A stretch of DNA of 61,361 nt from Pyrinomonadaceae bacterium (GTDB lineage Bacteria > Acidobacteriota > Blastocatellia > Pyrinomonadales > Pyrinomonadaceae), in contig JBHENG010000004.1 in assembly GCA_046262195.1 (NCBI GenBank), forward strand, positions 1-61,361, written 5' to 3'. Positions within the stretch are counted from its first letter, which is position 1. Each line of letters starts with the position of its first letter. Below are positions 25,525-34,952 of this stretch, piece after piece. A program made the position numbers and the translations under genes. The notes below the pieces were generated by a model, which made no database searches, was not told the DNA's origin, and was given only the letters and a program-made list of their open reading frames with translations.

Positions 25525-26913
25525 CTACTGCCCCTTTCCGAAAAGAACGGTCTTAATAGTGTCGAAAACGATAACCAGATCGAGTGTTAAACTCTGGTTC
25601 TTGATGTAATACAGGTCGTACTGAAGCTTCTGCATGGCGTCGTTGACAGATGCACCATACGGATATTTGATCTGGGCCCACCCTGTTAAGCCAGGGGCAA
25701 CAAGGTGCCGATGCTCAAAGTATGGGATCTCTTTCGCCAGCTGCTTGACGAAATGGGGCCGTTCGGGTCTCGGACCGACGAAATTCATTTCCCCTTTAAG
25801 GATATTCCAAAATTGGGGTATCTCATCGATACGCAGCTTGCGGATCACCCTTCCCACGCGAGTGGTCCGCGCGTCATTTGATGCGGCCCATAACGGCTTT
25901 CCGTCTGCCTCTGCGTCGGCTCTCATCGAGCGAAACTTAATTACATTGAACGAACGTCCACTCTTTCCAACTCGCTCCTGTTTGTAAAAGATCGGTCCTC
26001 GCGATTCAACTTTGATCAGCACGGCTGTGAGCACTGCCACCGGCAACGATACCAACAAGCCCAACAGAGCCAGCAACCTGTGGATCGATTCTCGGAATAC
26101 CAGTTTTATCGGCGAATCTCGTCGACGCCCTGCAAAGATCAGCCACGACGGGCGTAGCATATCGACGTGGACCTTGCCGGTGATACGTTCAAAAAAGGAG
26201 GTACATTCCTCGATAGACACGTCGCCAGCAAGGCTCATTTTTAATAACGCTTCGGTCGGGAAAGCGCCCCGGCGCTCGCGGACCGCGATGACAACGCGGT
26301 CGATCTTCTCGTTGCGTATAACTTCCTCGAGTTCATGGGCCCGCCCCAGGATTTCCGAACGCCCAAGCTTTTCGCGAGGTTTGGCACCATTTTCTGAAAC
26401 GAATCCAACGATACGATATCCGGCGTCCCGCCTTTCCCAGACGGCTTCGGCAGTATCCAGAGCTGTTTGCCCTGTGCCGACAACCAGTATCTTCTCACCG
26501 ATGTCCGGATGTCCCGTTAGCGAATGGATGAATATTCGCCACCCAAGCAGCAGGCACAGCACGAGTGGAACCGATATAACAGAAACGCCGCGCCCGATCA
26601 TCAATTGCGGGACAAAATAGAATATGAACGACAGCAGAACCCAGGCCACACCGAGGGCCTGCACAAGCCTGAGCAGGAGCTCACGGCGGTTCGTCATTAC
26701 TACGTAGTCGTAAAGGTCGTAAAAATAGAGGATCAGGAGGCTGACCAGGCTGGCGAACGCAACTTTTAACCAGCCGTTCTTAACATTCAGTTCGTTTGCG
26801 GAACCGGTTACCCCAACGCGCAGGTACATCGCAAGGATAACGCCGGCATAAAGAATGGCAGCGTCGGCCAGGAGCAGCCAAAAGATCCTTGGACTAAACT
26901 TAGATGCACCCAT
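25525..26913 (-). CDS. polyprenyl-phosphate glycosyl-1-phosphate transferase (WbaP-like, PEP-CTERM-system-associated type)
   Basis: N-terminal TM helices and a central Rossmann-like segment. The C-terminal bacterial sugar-transferase motifs are ..RFSMR.., GPRPERPHFV and PGLTGWAQI. Confidence 0.85.
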   Translation of the reverse strand: MGASKFSPRIFWLLLADAAILYAGVILAMYLRVGVTGSANELNVKNGWLKVAFASLVSLLILYFYDLYDYVVMTNRRELLLRLVQALGVAWVLLSFIFYFVPQLMIGRGVSVISVPLVLCLLLGWRIFIHSLTGHPDIGEKILVVGTGQTALDTAEAVWERRDAGYRIVGFVSENGAKPREKLGRSEILGRAHELEEVIRNEKIDRVVIAVRERRGAFPTEALLKMSLAGDVSIEECTSFFERITGKVHVDMLRPSWLIFAGRRRDSPIKLVFRESIHRLLALLGLLVSLPVAVLTAVLIKVESRGPIFYKQERVGKSGRSFNVIKFRSMRADAEADGKPLWAASNDARTTRVGRVIRKLRIDEIPQFWNILKGEMNFVGPRPERPHFVKQLAKEIPYFEHRHLVAPGLTGWAQIKYPYGASVNDAMQKLQYDLYYIKNQSLTLDLVIVFDTIKTVLFGKGQ

Positions 26914-26929
26914 TGTATTAAGCGCCAGA

Positions 26930-27943
26930 TCACGGACTCAGCGATTCGTTTAGCCGCTTGTAGTTGTAGTACCCGTAGTTATAATGCGAATCGTCCATTA
27001 CCTCTTCGCTCTGATTAAGCACCACGCCGAGCATCCGGTCCTTTGGAAGGTGTTCCAGTAATCGGTCCATGACTCCGTAGCGCGTTCTATTTGCCCTGAC
27101 CACCAGCATTGCTCCATCGGCATGATTGATCAGGACGGCTGCGTCGGTGAAAATACCCAGTGGCGGCGCGTCGATGATCACATAATCGAACATTTCGCGA
27201 GCCTCTCGCAGGATCTCTTTGAACTTTGGTCCCGATATAAGCTCGGCCACGTCGCTGCGAGCGTCCCCACCCGGGAGGATATGCAGACCCGCAGGTTCCA
27301 GGCGGACAATGGACTCAGCTACTGTGGCGGTTCCCGACAGTACGTGAGATAAACCCCGGTCGGTCTCGATCCCGAGGTAATCAGCAAGACTCGGCATACG
27401 CAGATCGCTGTCAATGATCAGCGCTTTGACCCCGTCAGTCTGAGCGAGGAGCCATGACAAATTGAGCGCTGTCACGGATTTCCCCTCACCCGGGTTTACA
27501 CTGGCGATGACGATCGACTGCAGTTTCTGACGTTGGCTTTTATGCAATACGTGCGTTCGTAAGCTGCGATATTCTTCGCAGTAGGTGGAGTTCGGCCGCG
27601 TTATTGCAACGAGACGTGGCTCAACGCGTTCGGGGTCGACGGTCCACCTGACAAAGTCAGGCAGCTCGCGAACCCCGGAACGCGTTAAGCTTTCAGCGTT
27701 CAATTTTGCCCCGGCAGTTTTTTCCAATTCCAAATCAGGGAGTGCCGTCCCGACAATGGAATCCGGCTGCCCCATGAACGCCGAACTTGGATGACCGATC
27801 TTTAGTTCCGTTGAGAGAAGGTCGGGCGGCATGTGAAGCCGACGAACGCTGCGGTCGAACGGTACGAGATTGGGTTCAGAAGCCGAGATCTTTTCGATCC
27901 CGCCTTCGATACGTTTCTTTTCTAAGGCTTTAAGAATGCTCAT
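26930..27943 (-). CDS. BY-kinase-type P-loop ATPase (EpsG/CapB-like) with C-terminal tyrosine cluster
   Basis: Walker A is NPGEGKS, Walker A' is IIDSDLR and Walker B is VIIDAPP. The C-terminus is ..HYNYGYYNYK... Confidence 0.8.
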   Translation of the reverse strand: MSILKALEKKRIEGGIEKISASEPNLVPFDRSVRRLHMPPDLLSTELKIGHPSSAFMGQPDSIVGTALPDLELEKTAGAKLNAESLTRSGVRELPDFVRWTVDPERVEPRLVAITRPNSTYCEEYRSLRTHVLHKSQRQKLQSIVIASVNPGEGKSVTALNLSWLLAQTDGVKALIIDSDLRMPSLADYLGIETDRGLSHVLSGTATVAESIVRLEPAGLHILPGGDARSDVAELISGPKFKEILREAREMFDYVIIDAPPLGIFTDAAVLINHADGAMLVVRANRTRYGVMDRLLEHLPKDRMLGVVLNQSEEVMDDSHYNYGYYNYKRLNESLSP

Positions 27944-27987
27944 TTACACCTCCGCATGGCGGACCCACATGTCCCAATGGGTAACAC

Positions 27988-29043
27988 TTAATATTTATTG
28001 AACGATCCAACAAGGGCGTCGATCTCGAGGCTGACCTCTTCGTCATAATCCTCGAATATCAGGCTCTCACCGTTTGTGTAGCCATTTGAGCTCGGACGAT
28101 CGTCGTGACTCAGCGTCCTTGGTTTCGGATTTTCCGTTCGGGTTTGTGCACTCCAAATGTCGTCGCTTGAGCCGGGGCGCATAGTGTGACCATGGCGGTT
28201 CGCGTTCGTGTCGGAGGACATTAGGGGAGGTCTTCGAGGAAGCATGTCCAGGTTCTCGGCAACTGTTTCAATGATCTTTCGACCGATCACTTGTTGCCCG
28301 GCTGAATATGCCGCCAGCATTGCGTTGTCGCAAATATTGTTTATCTGTCTCGGTATGCCCTCAGAACACTGAAAAATGAAATCGATCGCTTCGGGCGTGA
28401 ACACGTTCGGCTCGTTAGACCCGGCTATTAGCAGGCGTTCAGTGATGTAGCGGTCGACTTCCCCGGTATTTGGGAACGAGTGCATGTTGCACCTCAGAGC
28501 AACCCGCTGCTTTAGCTGCCGCAAGTTGGCCTGGTTGAGTTTGTCACGCAGCTCCGGCTGTCCCGTAAGCACGATCTGCAAATGTTTGGCGTCGTCAGAC
28601 TCGAAATTAAGCAGCAGGCGAATCTCTTCAAGCACATAATCGGACAGTTCATGCGCCTCGTCTATGATTATCACCGTGCGCAGCCCTCGCCGATGCCGCT
28701 CTTCAAGCACTTTTCCCATTGTGCTCAGAAGTTCTGATTTGTTCTCCCAATCCCTGATGCCCAGCATTTGAGTGACATGCTGATAGAACTCGTCTATGGA
28801 TAATCGAGGGTTGAAAACATACGCCGCCAGCACACTCGAATCCAGCCGTCTCAGTATCCACCTGAGAGCCGTGGTCTTGCCCGTGCCGACCTCGCCTGTC
28901 AGAACGATCAATCCTTTTGCGTTCTCCAGGCCATAATAAAGGCTTGCCAGAACCTCATTGTAGCTGGGCGTGAAAACGATAAACCGGGGGTCCGGTGTCA
29001 GAGTGAATGGAGTGTCGTCCAACCCAAAAAATTCTTTGTACAT
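27988..29043 (-). CDS. ExeA-like AAA ATPase (PEP-CTERM-locus secretion ATPase type)
   Basis: The motifs are LTGEVGTGKTT (P-loop), IIIDEAH (Walker B) and ..LTGQPEL... Confidence 0.75.
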   Translation of the reverse strand: MYKEFFGLDDTPFTLTPDPRFIVFTPSYNEVLASLYYGLENAKGLIVLTGEVGTGKTTALRWILRRLDSSVLAAYVFNPRLSIDEFYQHVTQMLGIRDWENKSELLSTMGKVLEERHRRGLRTVIIIDEAHELSDYVLEEIRLLLNFESDDAKHLQIVLTGQPELRDKLNQANLRQLKQRVALRCNMHSFPNTGEVDRYITERLLIAGSNEPNVFTPEAIDFIFQCSEGIPRQINNICDNAMLAAYSAGQQVIGRKIIETVAENLDMLPRRPPLMSSDTNANRHGHTMRPGSSDDIWSAQTRTENPKPRTLSHDDRPSSNGYTNGESLIFEDYDEEVSLEIDALVGSFNKY

Positions 29044-29103
29044 AATTACCCTCTAGCTCTTATTTCTGAATATCGTGGCCATCCGGCCAGGCGCTGGATC
29101 ATC

Positions 29104-30762
29104 TTAGGAAACAAGTTTGTCGAACAATCGTGTTAGCTGCAGCACAATGACGATCACCGGTATCACACCGATCGCCGCCGCGACTCCGGCGGCTAACTTC
29201 AACGTTTGAGATCTACGCAGCCATACCTTTTCCCCGGAGGACAGGAGCGGTGGCACTGACGCAAGCACGGGGAGGCCCGTATAATGCTTGGCATCGTCGA
29301 TGTTCTGGATCTTGAAAAGTCGGGGGATCTCAAAAAAGGCCATCAGTATCATACCGAGAGCCAGTCCGATTCCCGTTCCGAGGAGTGTTAACAGGAACCG
29401 TTTCGGGGCCACCGGCGATTCCGGCACGTTTGCGGGATCCTGAACTCGGATCGTTTCACCCTGGGCATTCGACTCAACCCCGACCACTGTCTCGGCGTCA
29501 TTCTTTTTCTTCAGTATCTCGTCGTAGGTCTGCTTTGCCGACTGGTATCGGGCGTCAACGCCTTGTAAAGCAACCTGCACATTAGGTATGGCGTTGATCT
29601 TTGATTCGAGCACGGCTATCTGTCCGGAGTTTTGCTGTCGCTCCACGTCTTTTTGAGCAAGCTGCTGCTCTATATGTCCGATCTGGGCCTGGATCCGCTG
29701 GTTCTCGAGCTCAAGATTCTTTTTCTGCAATTCGGCTTTTCTGCCGGTCGCCTGAGTTGCGATCTGGACACGCTTGTCCGTATTTTTACGCAGGTTCTCG
29801 ATCTCTTCGTTCAAACGCTCGATCTCGATCTTTTTTGCGATAACGGCCGGGAGCTTTTCTTTATAAACCTTTAAGAGATTTGAAAGCTGGCCGTTTAGAT
29901 CCGCTCGTTTTTGTATCAATTGTGCATAGGCCGGAGTATCTTCTACCTGTGCGGCCTGCCGGGCGGTGTCCTGCGTTTCTCTCTCGCCAAAGTCCTCTAT
30001 CAGACGCATCTGACGATTGTTAGAAGCGATCGCATCGCTAAGACGGCCCTTTTCGTTGTACAGCGTCTGCTTTTCCTTTGTGATGGTGTCCTCACGCTGA
30101 CGCAAACCCTGCAGCTGTGCCACTAGTCCCTGCTCAGACTGCGGCAATGTCGAGACGTTCTGCATCATGATGTCGAGACGTTGCTTCTCGAGATCATCCA
30201 GGGCAGTTTTCTTCTCATTCAATTGTTTCTCAAAGAGCTCGTTAGTTGATTCAGCGATCTCAACCGAGTTTTGGACCTGGGCGTTTACGTACTTGCTCGC
30301 GAGCTCGGCCGTTACGTTTCGCGCCGCGATCCGATCACGGTCACGATAGCTGATGCGAAACGCGGCCACCTTCTCATTGCCCGTCTCCTCAAGGTGAACC
30401 TTGATGTTTTTCCACATTTTCTCGATGATCAGCTCCATGGGCATGGCTGAAGCTCGCTCCTGCTTGTAGAGGTCATACTTCTGCACCATCGGTTCGAGAG
30501 ATGAACGGCTCAATACTTCCTGGTTGATCGTCGACAGTCGTTGAGAAAGGTCTTCCTTGGAAAGGGACTGTACTAGATTTGACGAAATCGTCGGCGGCTT
30601 AACGGTCAGCAGCGATGTTGATTCGTAGATGCTGGGAAGCTTGTAGACAACGTACCCGATCGCCGCTGTAAGGGTGATGGTCGGCAAAAGGACCAACCAT
30701 TTCTGCCGCTTCAGCATGGCAATGAGCTCGCCCGGTTTTCTCTGTCTGAATTCAACACTCAT
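29104..30762 (-). CDS. polysaccharide chain-length determinant (Wzz/GumC-like, PEP-CTERM locus type)
   Basis: There is an N-terminal TM (WLVLLPTITLTAAIGYVVY), a long coiled-coil periplasmic region and a C-terminal TM pair. Confidence 0.8.
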   Translation of the reverse strand: MSVEFRQRKPGELIAMLKRQKWLVLLPTITLTAAIGYVVYKLPSIYESTSLLTVKPPTISSNLVQSLSKEDLSQRLSTINQEVLSRSSLEPMVQKYDLYKQERASAMPMELIIEKMWKNIKVHLEETGNEKVAAFRISYRDRDRIAARNVTAELASKYVNAQVQNSVEIAESTNELFEKQLNEKKTALDDLEKQRLDIMMQNVSTLPQSEQGLVAQLQGLRQREDTITKEKQTLYNEKGRLSDAIASNNRQMRLIEDFGERETQDTARQAAQVEDTPAYAQLIQKRADLNGQLSNLLKVYKEKLPAVIAKKIEIERLNEEIENLRKNTDKRVQIATQATGRKAELQKKNLELENQRIQAQIGHIEQQLAQKDVERQQNSGQIAVLESKINAIPNVQVALQGVDARYQSAKQTYDEILKKKNDAETVVGVESNAQGETIRVQDPANVPESPVAPKRFLLTLLGTGIGLALGMILMAFFEIPRLFKIQNIDDAKHYTGLPVLASVPPLLSSGEKVWLRRSQTLKLAAGVAAAIGVIPVIVIVLQLTRLFDKLVS

Positions 30763-30872
30763 CTTCGTTTACCTTTTTTCTCTAGGAATGAAAAGCTATA
30801 GGGTCGCCAGAGCAGTTTTGGCTTCCCGAACTTCTCTTTCTGTCAGAACGTCGCCTCTCCCTGAGCGAGGCT

Positions 30873-33170
30873 TCAAATTCGCGCCTTGCCCCTGCCATCG
30901 GCTGTCGCGAGCGCCATTCCAAGGCGGACACGGTATTCTGGGTTCGGTTGCGTACCCGACTTTTTAGTGGCAGAGTCGTCCAGCACTACCGCTTTCTTAA
31001 ATTGCTCTACCGCCGGCGACCCAAGTCCCTTTTTCAGATAGACCCACCCGAGGGTGTCGTGAAAGCTGGCGATCGACTGGTCTTTCGCAACGGCCATCGT
31101 TGCCAGCCGCAATGCCTCGTCAAGATTCCCCCGGTTGTCTGCAATGATCCACGCCAGGTTATTGGCTGCGATCGGAGACTCAGGCGACAACTCGAGAGCT
31201 TTTCTATAAGAATTTTCGGCCTCATTCGTTCTGCCTAACGAATCCTGCAGAATGCCAAGCATCGTATAGGTCTGCGCTACCGGACTCTTATCCAGGATGC
31301 GCTTGTATTGCTGTACGGCTTCGTCCGCTCGGTTTTGCTGGACGAGCAAAGCCGCATATGCGGAGTATGCCGGCAGATAGTTTTCGTCGAGGCTGATCGC
31401 AGCGTTAAGCTGCACCTCAGCTGCGGCATTGTTTTTTTCCGCGGCGTAGATCGTTGATTTCAGATAATGAAGAGCGGCGACAAAGTCGTGGCGCCCCTGA
31501 TTGCTAGCTATCAATTGGTCTATCCTGTTATGAGCACTTACAAATTGATTCAGCCTCACGGACATATTGACGATCCCGTTGATCGCATCGAAACTGCGGT
31601 TGTCCGTATTAAAAGCACTCTCGTAGAGTCCGAGTGCCTCCGAATAATTCCTCTCTGCGATGAACACTTTCGCCAGGTTGATCTTTGCTGATGTTGAACG
31701 GGGAGCCAGCTTTACCACGCCTTCCAATTCGGCTTTTGCGGATGCGAGATCGCCGAGTTCAAGCTGTGCGAGGCCTCGCGAGGAAAGCCCGCGAATAAAC
31801 AGCTCGTGTGCGCCCTGACTATCTTGGTCCGCGGTAGCCCTTGCCGAGGTGGTTTTCTGTACCAGATCGTTTGCCATTTTCAAAGCAGTTGCAGGATCAC
31901 CGGTCGCAAAAGCAGCTTGTATCTTCAGTAGGCCGGTTTTCAGATACCCGGGGTGATACCTCTCAAGATCGGCGATAAATGCATTCGCTTGATCGATCTG
32001 CCCCAGTGCCAGACGGGCTTCGGCAATCAGGAACAACGGTTCCTTGCCGCTGGGACGCTGTTTCAACACCTCTTCGAGATCCTGAACGGCCGATTGCGCG
32101 TCACCCTGATGCATTTTCACTCGTGAGCGCAGCATAAGAGCCTCCACATCGTCCTCATTCAGCTTGAACAACGCGTCGAGCTGGGTATTGACCTCGGGGA
32201 TCGCTTTGCGATTCAGATGGATCTCAGCCAGTCGATATCGTGCGAGGGAATATTCAGGGGCTGCCGCGAGTACCTGAGTAAGAACATTGACGGCATCAGT
32301 GTCTCGACCCGTTTTATTATAGAAGTCGGCAAGAACCAGTTCGCTTTCCGGGCTGTGCTCCTGAATGTTGACGAGCTCGCGGTAAGCGTTCTCTGCCTTA
32401 TCCAACTGCTTGCTCGTGACGTAAAATTCTGCCGCTGCTTCACGTGCTTCAATGCTACCTGAAGCAATTTTTATAGCTTTCAGAAACTGTGTTTCGGCTT
32501 CCGGGTCACGATTCGCATACATCAAAAAGCGACCGTACTCGGTATATCCTTTGATCGAACTAGGGCTTGCCGCAATCCCCCGCCGGATCGCTTCCTCGGC
32601 TTCCGAAGGCTTTTCGCGAGTCATATAAAGTCTTTGAAGACTTATGTATGATTCGATCCGGCCGGGTTCCCGGGCAATAGCGTTATTTACGACGTTTATG
32701 ACGTCTTTATCAGGTTTGCCCTGGGCAGCAAGGATCGATGCTGTGAGGATGTGGCCTTCCACGAAGTTTGGATCGGTGGTCAGGATCTCGTCGCGGATCC
32801 TTTCAGCCTCGGCCACCAGTGGGGGCTGCACGATCAAAAAATAGTTTGCGAGCTTTGCCTTAGCGTCGAGGTTAGTTTCGTCAAGCTCGACCGTTTTACG
32901 AAGTTCCTCTAACGTCTCGCTGAACTGCCCTAAATTCTCAAACGCCCGCGCCATGCCCCAGTGAGCTTCCGCAGAGTCCTTGCTTGACTCCGCGGCCGCT
33001 CGGAACTGCATTAACGCATCGTGAAATTTACGTTTTTCTAGATACTGGTTTCCCCGGACGAGGAAGGTAGCCGTAGAACCGCCGCACGCCGCGAACAGAA
33101 GACAAACGCAAACGAATAATAAAAGATGGTGGTACCGTGAACGAAAGGTGAGGCACTCTGATTTCAGCAT
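30873..33170 (-). CDS. TPR-repeat lipoprotein (PrsT-like, PEP-CTERM system)
   Basis: Lipobox ..CLLFAAC-GGS, followed by about 700 aa of continuous TPR repeats. It is positioned beside the exosortase gene. Confidence 0.75.
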   Translation of the reverse strand: MLKSECLTFRSRYHHLLLFVCVCLLFAACGGSTATFLVRGNQYLEKRKFHDALMQFRAAAESSKDSAEAHWGMARAFENLGQFSETLEELRKTVELDETNLDAKAKLANYFLIVQPPLVAEAERIRDEILTTDPNFVEGHILTASILAAQGKPDKDVINVVNNAIAREPGRIESYISLQRLYMTREKPSEAEEAIRRGIAASPSSIKGYTEYGRFLMYANRDPEAETQFLKAIKIASGSIEAREAAAEFYVTSKQLDKAENAYRELVNIQEHSPESELVLADFYNKTGRDTDAVNVLTQVLAAAPEYSLARYRLAEIHLNRKAIPEVNTQLDALFKLNEDDVEALMLRSRVKMHQGDAQSAVQDLEEVLKQRPSGKEPLFLIAEARLALGQIDQANAFIADLERYHPGYLKTGLLKIQAAFATGDPATALKMANDLVQKTTSARATADQDSQGAHELFIRGLSSRGLAQLELGDLASAKAELEGVVKLAPRSTSAKINLAKVFIAERNYSEALGLYESAFNTDNRSFDAINGIVNMSVRLNQFVSAHNRIDQLIASNQGRHDFVAALHYLKSTIYAAEKNNAAAEVQLNAAISLDENYLPAYSAYAALLVQQNRADEAVQQYKRILDKSPVAQTYTMLGILQDSLGRTNEAENSYRKALELSPESPIAANNLAWIIADNRGNLDEALRLATMAVAKDQSIASFHDTLGWVYLKKGLGSPAVEQFKKAVVLDDSATKKSGTQPNPEYRVRLGMALATADGRGKARI

Positions 33171-33275
33171 ACGTTTAATATGTCTCGCAAGCTCGATCGT
33201 GATTCCAGGTCGGGGCAGGACCCAGGATCAAACGATTTTATGCGTTCTTATCTCGTGGACTGGATCTCCACATTC

Positions 33276-33298
33276 CCAATAAAACCGAGTTTTATTGG
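33276..33298. other. perfect 10-bp A/T-rich hairpin in the xrt-prsT spacer
   Basis: CCAATAAAAC-CGA-GTTTTATTGG. Confidence 0.7.
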
Positions 33299-33367
33299 CA
33301 CTGGGGAAATACATCTAATCAGTTTCAGATTTCAGAATTTCGCTCGTCGCGGTGGACGGCGATGAGG

Positions 33368-34942
33368 TTATTCGGGCACGAAAGGCGAAAGCGAGTCGGC
33401 GAGCTGGGTAGACAACTCTACTGCCGCTCTTAAAGCCGCAGCCTCGTCGTTGCCGACGCTGGTCATAACGCGGACAAGGGCCCCGTCCGTTCGGCCGCGA
33501 GTAACGCTGTCCCAGATAGTGTTAAGTTTGTCAGCGTACTCGTTTGCTTCCGATCGACCGCGGCCCTGATACCAATAGATCATGACCTCGTTGTATATCC
33601 CGTTCTCAATAAAGTACTGGTTGGCTCGGAACACTCTGCCATCGCCGGTGATGATGTCTATATACTGCGGCCGATTCATTACCCAACCGGCTCCGGGAAG
33701 GCAATTCTGTGGACTATGATATGTGGCTCCGGTTCTTTGTGAGCCGTAATAGCCTACATAAATGTTCGCGATTCGACCGTCTGGCGCCACGTATTCGCGC
33801 ATGGTGTAATCCGTCGTTTTGAGTAGGCTCTGTATTCGGTCGTCAAATTTGATACTGTCACCCCTCTGTTGCCAACTGCCCAAGGTCGCGCCCATCTCGC
33901 TGAATGATTTACGCGGAATTGTCGTTTCGGGTCGTAATGCTAGCCAGTTAACAAGCACGCCGGCCAGCAGGATGGCGATCAGAACCGGCCATACACGAGG
34001 GAAGCTCGGCGGTATTGGAACATCATCAAAACCCTTGAGTGACTGTTTACGATGTAGGAGCCGCTTCAGAAGATAGTTCGCCCCAAGCAGCAGAGCCAGC
34101 GCCAACACATATACGATCCAGCCCAATGTATCGTGCCAGCTCGCCTCCGTTGCCTGCTTTCCGTAATAATATGTGAGCACACCGGTGGCGGTTACTCGGA
34201 GAGCATTCGTGAATACAGCAACAATGACCGCGAAGGACATTAAGAGAAGGGCTCGAGCCGCGTCTGGACCTGATAGCCCGACGATGCGTCCGCGCTGATC
34301 GTGCCGAGTGAAGTAGCTGAGTACTAAAGCTAACGTGACCAGCGTCATCAGTGAACGAATGCCGCTGCATGCCTCGACTACTTCGAGTGAAAGGGTCTGA
34401 GTAGCTCCAGCGGGCAGGATGTCTATCACGTTGCCCATTCGCACGGTAGGGACACCAAAAAGGCGGATTCCCACTACTGCTAGTTGCGAAGCCCATATCT
34501 GAAGGGGGAATGCAATGCGATTAAAAACGATCTGCGGTATAGGGATCGAAAGCAGTAAAAGGATGAACGGTACCGCTACGAGATTGAGTAGTCTGAAACC
34601 CCAGAGGTAAACGACTACCGCCGCGGCCATGAGTACAAAAGAGATGCGCTGGGTAAAAAGTTCCGCCCCTAACGTTCCGATAAGAAGCAGCAGAACCGCG
34701 GCGACAAAAAGAGCGGATCCAATGCGCACAGATCCCGGACCGACCGCGCCTTTTAGCAGTTCCCACGACGTCCACACGATAAAGGCCACCACTATCGGTA
34801 CGAGTAGACCATGAGAATAATTCTCGTCTGTCCACCAGTCTTGAACGAGTTTCGTTATGACCTGTGCGTACAGAAATAGAATTGCCGTGGTCAGTGCTCC
34901 GATAGCAATGTATTGATTTTTGGGGTAGCTTATTCCGCTCAT
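33368..34942 (-). CDS. exosortase (EpsH/Xrt family) fused to an EpsI-family domain
   Basis: The N-terminal ~300 aa are polytopic and carry EVVEACSGIRS (Cys192 codon at 34367-34369). One further TM precedes the C-terminal domain, which contains the YHSPQNCLPGAGW motif typical of EpsI. Confidence 0.85.
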   Translation of the reverse strand: MSGISYPKNQYIAIGALTTAILFLYAQVITKLVQDWWTDENYSHGLLVPIVVAFIVWTSWELLKGAVGPGSVRIGSALFVAAVLLLLIGTLGAELFTQRISFVLMAAAVVVYLWGFRLLNLVAVPFILLLLSIPIPQIVFNRIAFPLQIWASQLAVVGIRLFGVPTVRMGNVIDILPAGATQTLSLEVVEACSGIRSLMTLVTLALVLSYFTRHDQRGRIVGLSGPDAARALLLMSFAVIVAVFTNALRVTATGVLTYYYGKQATEASWHDTLGWIVYVLALALLLGANYLLKRLLHRKQSLKGFDDVPIPPSFPRVWPVLIAILLAGVLVNWLALRPETTIPRKSFSEMGATLGSWQQRGDSIKFDDRIQSLLKTTDYTMREYVAPDGRIANIYVGYYGSQRTGATYHSPQNCLPGAGWVMNRPQYIDIITGDGRVFRANQYFIENGIYNEVMIYWYQGRGRSEANEYADKLNTIWDSVTRGRTDGALVRVMTSVGNDEAAALRAAVELSTQLADSLSPFVPE

Positions 34943-34952
34943 GCGTCGAGGG

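Noticed and set aside
33296-33301. TGGCAC, the sigma54 -24-like element. It was of interest because PEP-CTERM loci are often sigma54/PrsR-controlled. I also examined CTGG-N-TTGC upstream of prsT.
   Set aside because: The TGGCAC is on the wrong strand for the operon and is followed by TGGGGAAAT, not N5-TTGC. The minus-strand candidate has GG-to-GC spacing of 18 nt instead of 12.
33180-33365. A 61-aa plus-strand ORF in the xrt-prsT gap. I also checked a 28-aa minus-strand ORF there as a possible hidden PEP-CTERM peptide.
   Set aside because: Neither has a signal peptide, a PEP motif, a TM-plus-basic C-terminus or an RBS.
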